A stretch of 32,000 bases of DNA from Ruminococcus albus 7 = DSM 20455. Lineage in GTDB: Bacteria > Bacillota > Clostridia > Oscillospirales > Ruminococcaceae. Location of the stretch: positions 240,001 through 272,000 of the forward strand of contig NC_014833.1 in assembly GCF_000179635.2 (NCBI RefSeq). Direction: 5' to 3'. The translations under genes and the position numbers were made by a program. Below are positions 14,790 to 23,116 of this stretch, in pieces. The notes under the pieces are model-generated. The model saw only the letters and a program-made list of their open reading frames with translations. It was not told where the DNA came from and made no database searches. The number at the start of each line of letters is the position of its first letter. Positions within the stretch are counted from its first letter, which is position 1.

Positions 14790-16712
14790 ATGCCAAGACC
14801 TGATAGAACAGCACCACGTCCGCAAATGAGCAAGGACACTTTCAAAGTGCTTGGGCGTGTGCTTAAATTTATGTTCAAGGACTATAAGATGCATTTCGGT
14901 ATAGTGGTTGTCTGCATCATCATACAGGCTGTTACGACCCTTGTGGGCATGGTGTTCATACAATCCCTCGTTGATGACTATGTTGTGCCTATGCTCGAAG
15001 AAAAGAAGGAGCTCGGCGATGCGTTTGTCGCTGACTATAAGCCGCTGGCTATGGCGCTGGTAAGGCTTGCGGTGATATATGTACTGGGACTCACCTCGGC
15101 TTATGCCTATAACCGTATCATGGTAAACGTAGGTCAGGGTACTTTGCGCAATTTCAGGAATGCGCTGTTCGATAACATGGAAAGTCTGCCGATAAAGTAT
15201 TTTGACACCCACGCACACGGTGATATAATGTCGGTATACACCAACGATGTTGATACCCTCAGACAGTTCATCGCACAGAGCATACCTCAGCTCATAAACT
15301 CCACCGTGACACTGGTGGTAACGCTTATATCCATGTTCACCAGAAACATACCCCTTTCACTGCTCTCGATATTCATGGCGGCTGTTATGATGTTCGTGAC
15401 AGCGAAGATATCGGGTAATTCAGGTAAGTATTTTGCGGCACAGCAGAAGGATCTGGGTGAGGTAAACGGCTTCATCGAAGAGATGCTGGACGGTCAGAAG
15501 GTTGTCAAGGTGTTCTGCCATGAGGAAAATGCGCAGGCAGATTTCAGGGAGCTTAATGACAAACTGCGCGACAGTGCCAACAACGCAAACAAGTTTGCGA
15601 ACATACTGATGCCAATAAACGGCAACATCGGAAATATCAGCTATGTGCTGTGTGCAGTCTTCGGTGCGATACTGCTGATAAATAATGTAGGCAGTATAAC
15701 CCTTGGCAGACTTGTTGCTTTCCTTACGCTGAACCGTAACTTCACCATGCCTATCACCCAGATAAGCCAGCAGATGACCTTTGTTATAATGGCTTCCGCA
15801 GGTGCAGGCAGAGTTATGGATCTGCTGGATCAGACTCCCGAGACCGACGAGGGCTATGTTGAATTCGTAAATGCAAAATTCGATAATGATGGCGAACTGA
15901 AAGAATGTGCAGAACGTACAGGCACATGGGCTTGGAAACACCCCCACAAGGAGGACGGCACTGTTACCTACACCCAGATGAAGGGTGAGATAGTATTCGA
16001 CGGAGTGGATTTCGGCTACAACGATGACAAGATAGTTCTTCACGATGTTCAGCTGTTCGCTAAACCCGGTCAGAAGATAGCCTTTGTAGGTTCAACAGGT
16101 GCAGGCAAGACCACTATCACCAATCTGATAAACCGTTTCTACGATATACAGGACGGCAAGATAAGGTATGACGGCATAAATATCACCAAGATCAAAAAGC
16201 CGGCACTGAGAAAGACTCTCGGCATAGTTTTGCAGGATACACACCTGTTCACGGGTACGGTAATGGATAATATCCGCTACGGAAACCTTGATGCTACCGA
16301 TGAGGAATGTATCGCGGCGGCTAAGCTTGCGAATGCTTCGGGCTTTATTGAAAAGCTTGAACACGGCTATGATACTGTACTGAAAGGCGACGGCGGAAAC
16401 CTCAGCCAGGGACAGAGACAGCTTCTTGCAATAGCGAGAGCGGCAGTCGGAGACCCGCCTGTGCTGATACTCGATGAAGCGACTTCCTCCATTGATACCC
16501 GCACAGAAAAGCTGGTTCAGGCAGGTATGGATGCTCTTATGAGCGGCAGAACGACTTTCGTTATAGCACACAGACTTTCAACAGTAAAGAATTCAGACTG
16601 CATAATGGTACTTGAACAGGGCAGGATAATCGAGCGCGGTACACATGATGAACTGCTTGAAAAGAAAGGCAAGTACTTCCAGCTATATACGGGCAGCTTT
16701 GCAGAAAACTGA
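14790..16712 (+). CDS. ABC exporter permease/ATPase half-transporter, consensus-site subunit
   Basis: Walker A is GSTGAGKTT, the signature is LSQGQRQ, and Walker B is VLILDEATSSID. The start directly abuts the previous stop. An extra segment of about 45 aa (GYVEFVNAKFDNDGELKECAERTGTWAWKHPHKEDGTVTY) lies between the TMD and the NBD. Confidence 0.9.
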   Translation: MPRPDRTAPRPQMSKDTFKVLGRVLKFMFKDYKMHFGIVVVCIIIQAVTTLVGMVFIQSLVDDYVVPMLEEKKELGDAFVADYKPLAMALVRLAVIYVLGLTSAYAYNRIMVNVGQGTLRNFRNALFDNMESLPIKYFDTHAHGDIMSVYTNDVDTLRQFIAQSIPQLINSTVTLVVTLISMFTRNIPLSLLSIFMAAVMMFVTAKISGNSGKYFAAQQKDLGEVNGFIEEMLDGQKVVKVFCHEENAQADFRELNDKLRDSANNANKFANILMPINGNIGNISYVLCAVFGAILLINNVGSITLGRLVAFLTLNRNFTMPITQISQQMTFVIMASAGAGRVMDLLDQTPETDEGYVEFVNAKFDNDGELKECAERTGTWAWKHPHKEDGTVTYTQMKGEIVFDGVDFGYNDDKIVLHDVQLFAKPGQKIAFVGSTGAGKTTITNLINRFYDIQDGKIRYDGINITKIKKPALRKTLGIVLQDTHLFTGTVMDNIRYGNLDATDEECIAAAKLANASGFIEKLEHGYDTVLKGDGGNLSQGQRQLLAIARAAVGDPPVLILDEATSSIDTRTEKLVQAGMDALMSGRTTFVIAHRLSTVKNSDCIMVLEQGRIIERGTHDELLEKKGKYFQLYTGSFAEN

Positions 16713-16740
16713 TAAAGGGTCATAAATAAGCTGAAAAACG

Positions 16741-16779
16741 GAGCGTATGCAAAAATGTGAATGCATACGCTCTTTGTTT
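16741..16779 (+). terminator. intrinsic terminator of the marR-ABC operon
   Basis: gagcgtatgca ... tgcatacgctc followed by TTTGTTT. Confidence 0.8.
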
Positions 16780-16822
16780 GTATGTAGATCATTGTACACA
16801 GTACAGGCGGGTGCCGCAGAAT

Positions 16823-16848
16823 ACAAATGTTCCACGTGGAACATTTGT
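16823..16848. repeat. perfect 26-bp palindrome (acaaatgttccac|gtggaacatttgt)
   Basis: It is an exact inverted repeat centred on CACGTG, 20 nt downstream of the thrB stop. It probably forms a terminator hairpin but lacks a clean U-tract on either strand. Confidence 0.6.
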
Positions 16849-16867
16849 TCTATATTAAGCGCGGCTG

Positions 16868-17758
16868 TTATGGATTGAAAACTGTACCTTCGTTATCAAT
16901 GGCAAGTTCCTTGACCTGCCAGCCGCCAAGCCCTGCGTTATCAAGTGAAAACCTCATTTTGCCTGCGAAGAACTTGTTATCAACATCGACTATTGACATG
17001 ACAGTAGGACCTGCGCCGCTTATGTAGCTTGCATACGCGCCGTGGGTATAGGCTATATCGAAGACTTCTCTGCAGCCGGGGATAAGCTCCATACGGTATG
17101 GCTGATGAAGTTTATCGTGTACCGCAGTACGCAGGTTTTCAAACTTGCCTGTCAGGAGAGATGCTGAAAACAGAGCCGCTCTTGACAGATTGTATACTGC
17201 ATCCTTGTGGGATACCTGCTTGGGCAGGCAGGCGCGTGCTTCTTCCGTCTTTAACTCAAAATCAGGTATCATCGCCACGAATTTCAGTTTGGTGTATACT
17301 TCCTGCTTGACCCAGTGCACCTTTCTGCCATCGAATACAGCCGTAACTATACCGCCTAAAAGTGCAGGTGCAGTGTTATCGGGGTGACCCTCTATCTGTG
17401 CGGCAAGATCAACAAGATCGTCCTTTGTCAGGGGATCACCGAGCATCCTGTTTGCGCCTACAAGTCCTGCGATTATGCAGGCTGAGGATGAACCCAGACC
17501 CCTTGCCATGGGTATATTGTTGGTCTGACGCAGCTTCAGACCTGTCAGCTTTTTGCCGCATACTGCATACAGATCCTTTGCGGAAACGTATATCAGATTT
17601 TTTTCATCACAGGGAACGTCAATACCGTCTGATGATGCTATGTCGATAATGTCGCTTTCTTCCATTTCGACATAGTTGTAGTAGTTGAGCGCAAGTCCCA
17701 GCGCATCGAAGCCCGCGCCGAGATTTGCCGAGGTGGCAGGTATTTTAATATTTATCAT
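16868..17758 (-). CDS. thrB: homoserine kinase
   Basis: MINIKIPATSANLGAGFDALGLAL...MARGLGSSSA (GHMP kinase motif). Confidence 0.9.
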   Translation of the reverse strand: MINIKIPATSANLGAGFDALGLALNYYNYVEMEESDIIDIASSDGIDVPCDEKNLIYVSAKDLYAVCGKKLTGLKLRQTNNIPMARGLGSSSACIIAGLVGANRMLGDPLTKDDLVDLAAQIEGHPDNTAPALLGGIVTAVFDGRKVHWVKQEVYTKLKFVAMIPDFELKTEEARACLPKQVSHKDAVYNLSRAALFSASLLTGKFENLRTAVHDKLHQPYRMELIPGCREVFDIAYTHGAYASYISGAGPTVMSIVDVDNKFFAGKMRFSLDNAGLGGWQVKELAIDNEGTVFNP

Positions 17759-17788
17759 TTTACTTCCTCATTTCCAAAGGGTCATTGA

Positions 17789-18406
17789 TCAGGATTCAAG
17801 CGGACGGACTCTCAGCTTGACTCCGATACTGTCAGCCACTGCCTGTGACTTTGCTATTTCCTCTTCACCTATAACATCAACTACGGTGAGTATTACATTC
17901 GGGACATACTGCTTTACATTTTCTGCAAATGAAAGCAGAGCGGCAAAGCAATCCTTATCTTTCCACTTAGGACGGGTGATCGCCATATAAGCTTCGCTGT
18001 CGGATGCGTTAAGGCTGATAGAAACGGTATCTATAAGACCTTTGAGATCCTGCTCGATGTTCCTTTCGTGTATAAGGTCAGCAAGACCGTTAGTGTTAAG
18101 GCGTATGGGGGTATCACAGACAGAACGTATATACTTTGCGGTGCCGAGAAGTATATCAAGTTCGCTTGTGGGCTCGCCGTAACCGCAGAATATTATTTCC
18201 TTGTAGGATGAGAGATCGCGGGTCTTGAGATTTTCGATGACCTCATCAAGGCTCGGCTGATGTTCAAGCCACAGTGGGTCTGAGCCGTATGCGCCGTCAT
18301 CGTTCTGCCTGAGGCAGAATGTACAGGCGCAGGGGCATTTGTTTGTGATATTCAGATAAAGCTTTTCCCAAAGTTCATAAGATATGGTCATAGCTGTTTT
18401 TTTCAT
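17789..18406 (-). CDS. small radical SAM protein (resembles the TatD-associated radical SAM family)
   Basis: NITNKCPCACTFCLRQ contains a CX3CX2C motif. The protein is 205 aa, has GYGEP, and sits in an operon-like arrangement with thrB. The sub-family assignment is from memory only. Confidence 0.65.
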   Translation of the reverse strand: MKKTAMTISYELWEKLYLNITNKCPCACTFCLRQNDDGAYGSDPLWLEHQPSLDEVIENLKTRDLSSYKEIIFCGYGEPTSELDILLGTAKYIRSVCDTPIRLNTNGLADLIHERNIEQDLKGLIDTVSISLNASDSEAYMAITRPKWKDKDCFAALLSFAENVKQYVPNVILTVVDVIGEEEIAKSQAVADSIGVKLRVRPLES

Positions 18407-18559
18407 ATTTATCCCTCCGAAAGATCATTTGATAATATTATAACATACTGCTTGCAAAAATAAAAGAATAATTTTATACAAATGCTTTAATAAACGTAAT
18501 ACAATTTTTCACTTAGGAGATCTTTTGACATGGAACAGAGTGAAGAAGTGATGTAATGA

Positions 18560-18592
18560 TAAAACAGCGGATAGCACGATACTATCCGCTGT
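18560..18592 (-). terminator. intrinsic terminator of glgA
   Basis: The minus strand has the stem acagcggatag ... ctatccgctgt followed by TTTTA. Confidence 0.7.
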
Positions 18593-18599
18593 TGAATAT

Positions 18600-20009
18600 T
18601 CAGATATCTTCGTAAAGGCGAATATATTCCTTTGCGGAGCGTTCCCAGCTGAAATCCTGCTTGAATGCGGTGGATACCAGTCGTCCCCATCGCATCTTGT
18701 CGTCATAGTACGCTCTTGCACGTACAGTTGCGTTCAGCATATCCTGGGCGTTGTAACTCTTGAAAGTGAAGCCGTTGCCGTTTTCTCCGCCTGCATCGCG
18801 TATGGTATCACGCAGACCGCCTGTTTCGCGGACTATGGGGATAGTGCCGTATCTCAGTGCTATCATCTGGGCAAGACCGCAGGGCTCGCTCTGGGACGGC
18901 ATGAGGAACATATCTGCACCTGCATAGATGCGTCTTGAAAGTTCGGGTACAAAGCCTAAACGCAGACCTACTCTGTCGGGATAACGGTAATGCATCTCGG
19001 TGAAGAAGTCCTCGTATATCTTTTCGCCTGAACCCAGTATTGCAAATTTATAGCCCAGGCGTATCATATCTTCAAAAACATACTTTATAAGGTCAAGACC
19101 CTTGTGTGAAACGAATCTTGTAACTATGCCGATGATGGGTTCCTTGCCCGTAGCTATGCCGAGTTCGTCGCACAGTGCTTTTTTACAGACAAGTTTGCCG
19201 AGCCTGTCGTTAAGACTGTAATTTTTTGCCAGATTCTTGTCGGTGGCGGGGTCGTATATCGTCTGGGATATGCCGTTTAAAATACCGCTGAGTTTATACT
19301 GGTGGTGGACAAGTTCTCTGTCGAGAGAGTGGGAATACCAGGGGTCGAGTATCTCCCATGCATAGCTTGGTGATACTGTGGTGACCCTGTCACTGACCTC
19401 TATTGCGGCTTTCATGAAATTCACGTCGCCGTCATAGCTCAGCATATCTGTATGATAGAGGGGTATGCCCATGAGGTCGTTTATAAGTTCAAGACCGTAC
19501 TGACCCTGATACTGGATATTGTGTATGGTAAATACTGTCTTGATATCCTCATATCCCGGCTGATAGCGGTAGAAGATATCATAGTAAACGGGCACGAGTG
19601 CGGTCTGCCAGTCATTGGCATTTATCACATCGGGTTTGAAGTCGATGAATTTAATCAGCTCAAGAACTGCGCGGGAGAAGAATATATATCTTTCTGCATC
19701 ATCGTAGAAGCCGTACATACCGTTTCTGGCGAAGTAGTATTCGTTATCGAGCAGATAGTAGGTAACGCCGTTTTCAACACCTGTGAAAACTCCGCAGTAC
19801 TGGTTGCGCCATGCTACGGGCACGGTGAAGTTTGTAACGTAATTCAGTCTGTCTCTGAGTTCCTGACGGATACTGCCGTAAAGGGGCAGTACAACGCGGC
19901 AGTCCTGTCCGAGTGCGTTGAGTGCGGCGGGCAGGGAGCCTGCAACATCTGCGAGTCCTCCCGATGCGGAATAGGGAAGTCCCTCGCTGGCTGTATAGAG
20001 TATATTCAT
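18600..20009 (-). CDS. glgA: glycogen synthase (ADP-glucose type)
   Basis: The sequence begins MNILYTASEGLPYSASGGLADVAGSLPAAL and also contains ...PSQSEPCGLAQM.... The start is set at ATG 20009 (SD aaggaggg). Confidence 0.95.
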   Translation of the reverse strand: MNILYTASEGLPYSASGGLADVAGSLPAALNALGQDCRVVLPLYGSIRQELRDRLNYVTNFTVPVAWRNQYCGVFTGVENGVTYYLLDNEYYFARNGMYGFYDDAERYIFFSRAVLELIKFIDFKPDVINANDWQTALVPVYYDIFYRYQPGYEDIKTVFTIHNIQYQGQYGLELINDLMGIPLYHTDMLSYDGDVNFMKAAIEVSDRVTTVSPSYAWEILDPWYSHSLDRELVHHQYKLSGILNGISQTIYDPATDKNLAKNYSLNDRLGKLVCKKALCDELGIATGKEPIIGIVTRFVSHKGLDLIKYVFEDMIRLGYKFAILGSGEKIYEDFFTEMHYRYPDRVGLRLGFVPELSRRIYAGADMFLMPSQSEPCGLAQMIALRYGTIPIVRETGGLRDTIRDAGGENGNGFTFKSYNAQDMLNATVRARAYYDDKMRWGRLVSTAFKQDFSWERSAKEYIRLYEDI

Positions 20010-20075
20010 AGTATCACCCTCCTTTTGCGTAAGTGATAGGTCGGTCATAGTTGGTGGGGTCTGCCTGGGCAGCCG

Positions 20076-20594
20076 TTACAATTGATATTTCTTTGAAAAA
20101 TCATCAAACATATCTGAAAATTCAGCTTTCTTTTCTTCGGGCATATTATTATATGAATCAACGATAAGCTTTTGGAAAGCAGTGGGAAAGGAATTTGTCT
20201 GATAGTTATACATACTTAAAAGTATGGTTTCTATCAGGCTGTATTCCATTGTTGTTTTCCTTTGGTTCATCAGCGTGACCGTTTTGTTATCATCAAAGTC
20301 ATAGCAAGTGTTCCATACACAAGCCTGAAGAAAATGGTCACCTTTATCATTTATAAGGATATCCATGCCTGTATCAAAAGCTTTTGAAGATGACCGCTTC
20401 ATGAGTTCATTTAATGCATAAGGAACTTCATCGATATATACCATATCATCTATGATCTCAACAAGCTCATCATCAGATGATCGTTTAATAAGTTCTTTGA
20501 ATGCTTCGCCCATTTTTACGTGATCTTCAGTTCTTTCAATAATATCATATAGCTGATCGTTTGAATAATTCTTCAGTTCCGTATTTTCGCTCAT
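20076..20594 (-). CDS. hypothetical acidic protein (172 aa), AT-rich orphan gene inside the glg cluster
   Basis: It is an intact ORF with much lower GC than the flanking glg genes. It has an internal repeat (FKELIKRSSDDELVEIIDD vs LNELMKRSSSKAFDTGMD). I recognise no family. Confidence 0.55.
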   Translation of the reverse strand: MSENTELKNYSNDQLYDIIERTEDHVKMGEAFKELIKRSSDDELVEIIDDMVYIDEVPYALNELMKRSSSKAFDTGMDILINDKGDHFLQACVWNTCYDFDDNKTVTLMNQRKTTMEYSLIETILLSMYNYQTNSFPTAFQKLIVDSYNNMPEEKKAEFSDMFDDFSKKYQL

Positions 20595-20660
20595 TTGTAA
20601 AAGTTAGTATTTATGCCGTGAAACAGGTGCGGTTTCTCCCACAGACCATGTTTTATTATC

Positions 20661-20694
20661 GAAAACGCACGGCACCGACCGACGGCGCCGTGCG
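20661..20694 (-). terminator. GC-rich hairpin / intrinsic terminator after glgD
   Basis: The minus strand has the stem cgcacggcgcc gtcggtc ggtgccgtgcg (one mismatch) followed by TTTTC. Confidence 0.6.
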
Positions 20695-20705
20695 GCGAGT
20701 TTTTA

Positions 20706-21833
20706 TTATACGGTAGCGCCCTTGGATACGTACATCTGGTAATCCGCGGTGCTTGTCAGAACGTGCTTGGGAGCAACGGTAACGTCCTTATCGGTAATGA
20801 CGTAGTTCATCTGTGCGCCGTCGCCTACAACAGTACCCTGTCCGAGGATGCAGTTCTTGACCTTTGTGCCCTTTCCGATCTTTACACCCCTGAACAGCAC
20901 GCAGTTCTCAACTTCGCCCTCGATTATGCAGCCGTCTGCTACAAGAGAGTTCTTTACGATGCTGTCAAGATCGTACTTAGCAGGTGCGTTGTCGCTGACC
21001 TTTGTATATATGGATCTCTTGGGAACGAAGAGCTTTCTTGCGTTCTCGGGATCGAGGATATCCATATTAGCCTTGAAGTATGTATCGGTGGAATTGAGCT
21101 TGCTGAAATAGTACTTGTATTCATAAGCCATTATTTTCAGCTCATTGCATCTTTCCTGAAGGATATCTTTCTCGAACGAAACTTTGCCCCTTGCTATGGA
21201 GTCCCTTATCATATCAACTATGAATTCCATGCTCATTACGAACATATTCAGGCTGCAGGTGCAGGTGCCGCTGAGTTCGGGCTGAATAAGCACGCTGGTG
21301 ACCTGACCTTCGTCATTTGTGTTCAGGACGGTGGCGGTCTTCAGGTCTTCTGAGGTATAGGGGCCGGTGTGTGACACTACGGTTATATCGGCACCTGTCT
21401 CGATATGCTTTGCAACTATCGGTTTGTAGTCGATATTGGTTATAACATCGCAGTCGGTCAGTACAACATACTTTGCGGAGGAATGAGTGATAAAGTTCAT
21501 AGCGCCGTATATAGCCTCTATCCTGCCTCTGTAAAGAGTACTTTCAACGTTTCCGAAAGGAGGCAGGATATAAAGTCCGCCTTTCTTTCTTGCAAGATCC
21601 CATTCTCTTGCACTTCCCAGGTGATCCATCAGCGACTGATAGTTGCTCTTTGTAATAACACCTACCTCAGAGATGCCGCTGTTTACCATGTTTGAGAGAG
21701 GGAAATCTATCAGGCGGTATCTTCCGCCGAACATTACAGAACCCATAGTCCTGTTCTTTGTCATGTCGCCAAGAGTCGTGTCGTGCATATTTGCGAAAAC
21801 AAGACCCAGTACATTACCCATATTTATTTCCAT
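20706..21833 (-). CDS. glgD: glucose-1-phosphate adenylyltransferase, GlgD (regulatory) subunit
   Basis: ...LGLVFANMHDTTLGDMTKNRTMGSVMFGGRYRLIDFPLSNMVNSGI... lacks the GGxGxRL motif of GlgC and lies directly downstream of glgC, as in Firmicutes. Confidence 0.85.
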   Translation of the reverse strand: MEINMGNVLGLVFANMHDTTLGDMTKNRTMGSVMFGGRYRLIDFPLSNMVNSGISEVGVITKSNYQSLMDHLGSAREWDLARKKGGLYILPPFGNVESTLYRGRIEAIYGAMNFITHSSAKYVVLTDCDVITNIDYKPIVAKHIETGADITVVSHTGPYTSEDLKTATVLNTNDEGQVTSVLIQPELSGTCTCSLNMFVMSMEFIVDMIRDSIARGKVSFEKDILQERCNELKIMAYEYKYYFSKLNSTDTYFKANMDILDPENARKLFVPKRSIYTKVSDNAPAKYDLDSIVKNSLVADGCIIEGEVENCVLFRGVKIGKGTKVKNCILGQGTVVGDGAQMNYVITDKDVTVAPKHVLTSTADYQMYVSKGATV

Positions 21834-21851
21834 TTTACCCGGTCTCCTTCC

Positions 21852-23054
21852 TTACATATTTTCGTAGATTATTGCCTTTGGCACAACATTGGCTCCGTCG
21901 GAGATAGTCAGGTTATGACCTACTACCGCAACGCCCCAGCTGTCTTTGTCCTCGATAGTTTCGGGTCTTGCGCCTATCTGACAGTTCTCGCCGATGACTG
22001 AGTTTTCACCTACGATGGCATACTCTACCTTAGCGCCCTTCTTGACTACTGCGCCGGGCATGAGGATAGAGTCGTATATAACAGCGCCCTCTTCAACGAT
22101 AACGCCGTCGGATATCATGGAAAATTCAACGCTGCCGTCTATGACACAGCCCTCTGTAACCATACAGTTCTGTATCTGCGCATTCTTGCCGATACTCTGG
22201 GGGGGATATACGGGGTTTCTGGAATATATCTTCCAGTTGGGGTCATAGAGGTCGATGGGGATGTTGGGATTGATAAGATCCATATTTGCTTCCCAGAGGG
22301 ATTCAATTGTTCCAACGTCCTTCCAGTAGCCGTCAAAGCGGTAAGCTACCAGCTTTTCGCCTGCTTCTCTCATATCGGGTATGATATTTTTTCCGAAGTC
22401 CTTGGAAGCAGTTTCGTCTTTTTCATTGGCGATGAGGTAAGCCCTCAGCTTCTCCCATGTGAATATGTAGATACCCATTGAAGCCAGTGTGGATCTTGGG
22501 TTCTTGGGCTTTTCTTCAAAGTCGATGATATTGTCATCCTCGTCGGTTATCATTATTCCGAATCTGCTTGCTTCGTGCTTGGGAACATCGAGTACTGCGA
22601 TGGTAGCAGCTGCTTCTTTCTTCTTGTGGAACTGCAGCATTTTGTTATAGTCCATCTTATAGATGTGGTCACCTGAGAGGACAACAACGTACTCGGGGTC
22701 ATATCTGTCGATAAATCCGATGTTCTGGTAGATAGCGTTAGCTGTACCGGAATACCAGTCGGCACCTGTTGCCTTCTGGTAAGGCGGCAGTACATGGACA
22801 CCGCCGTGGATACGGTCAAGGTCCCAGGGCTGACCGTTGCCTATGTACTCGTTGAGTACGAGAGGCTGATACTGTGTAAGTACGCCCACTGTGTCTATAC
22901 CCGAATTTATGCAGTTAGACAAAGGGAAGTCAATGATACGATATTTTGCGCCGAATGGCACTGCGGGCTTTGCAACGTCCTGAGTCAGGGCATAAAGTCT
23001 GCTGCCCTGTCCGCCTGCGAGAAGCATAGCCACACATTCTTTTTTGTTGAACAT
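21852..23054 (-). CDS. glgC: glucose-1-phosphate adenylyltransferase, catalytic subunit
   Basis: The sequence begins [53 protein letters not shown]. The start is set at ATG 23054 rather than the upstream GTG at 23063. Confidence 0.95.
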   Translation of the reverse strand: MFNKKECVAMLLAGGQGSRLYALTQDVAKPAVPFGAKYRIIDFPLSNCINSGIDTVGVLTQYQPLVLNEYIGNGQPWDLDRIHGGVHVLPPYQKATGADWYSGTANAIYQNIGFIDRYDPEYVVVLSGDHIYKMDYNKMLQFHKKKEAAATIAVLDVPKHEASRFGIMITDEDDNIIDFEEKPKNPRSTLASMGIYIFTWEKLRAYLIANEKDETASKDFGKNIIPDMREAGEKLVAYRFDGYWKDVGTIESLWEANMDLINPNIPIDLYDPNWKIYSRNPVYPPQSIGKNAQIQNCMVTEGCVIDGSVEFSMISDGVIVEEGAVIYDSILMPGAVVKKGAKVEYAIVGENSVIGENCQIGARPETIEDKDSWGVAVVGHNLTISDGANVVPKAIIYENM

Positions 23055-23116
23055 AAATTTCACCCACCATATATTTTATACTATTGACAACGCTGTAAGC
23101 TGAAAAGTCAAGCAAC

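Noticed and set aside
13020-16792. Long antisense ORFs inside the ABC exporter genes (for example 14388-15218, 15420-16043 and 16092-16571)
   Set aside because: They are shadow frames opposite genes with clear Walker A, signature and Walker B motifs. Their translations are Cys/His/Tyr-rich and unlike real proteins, and they lack SD sequences.
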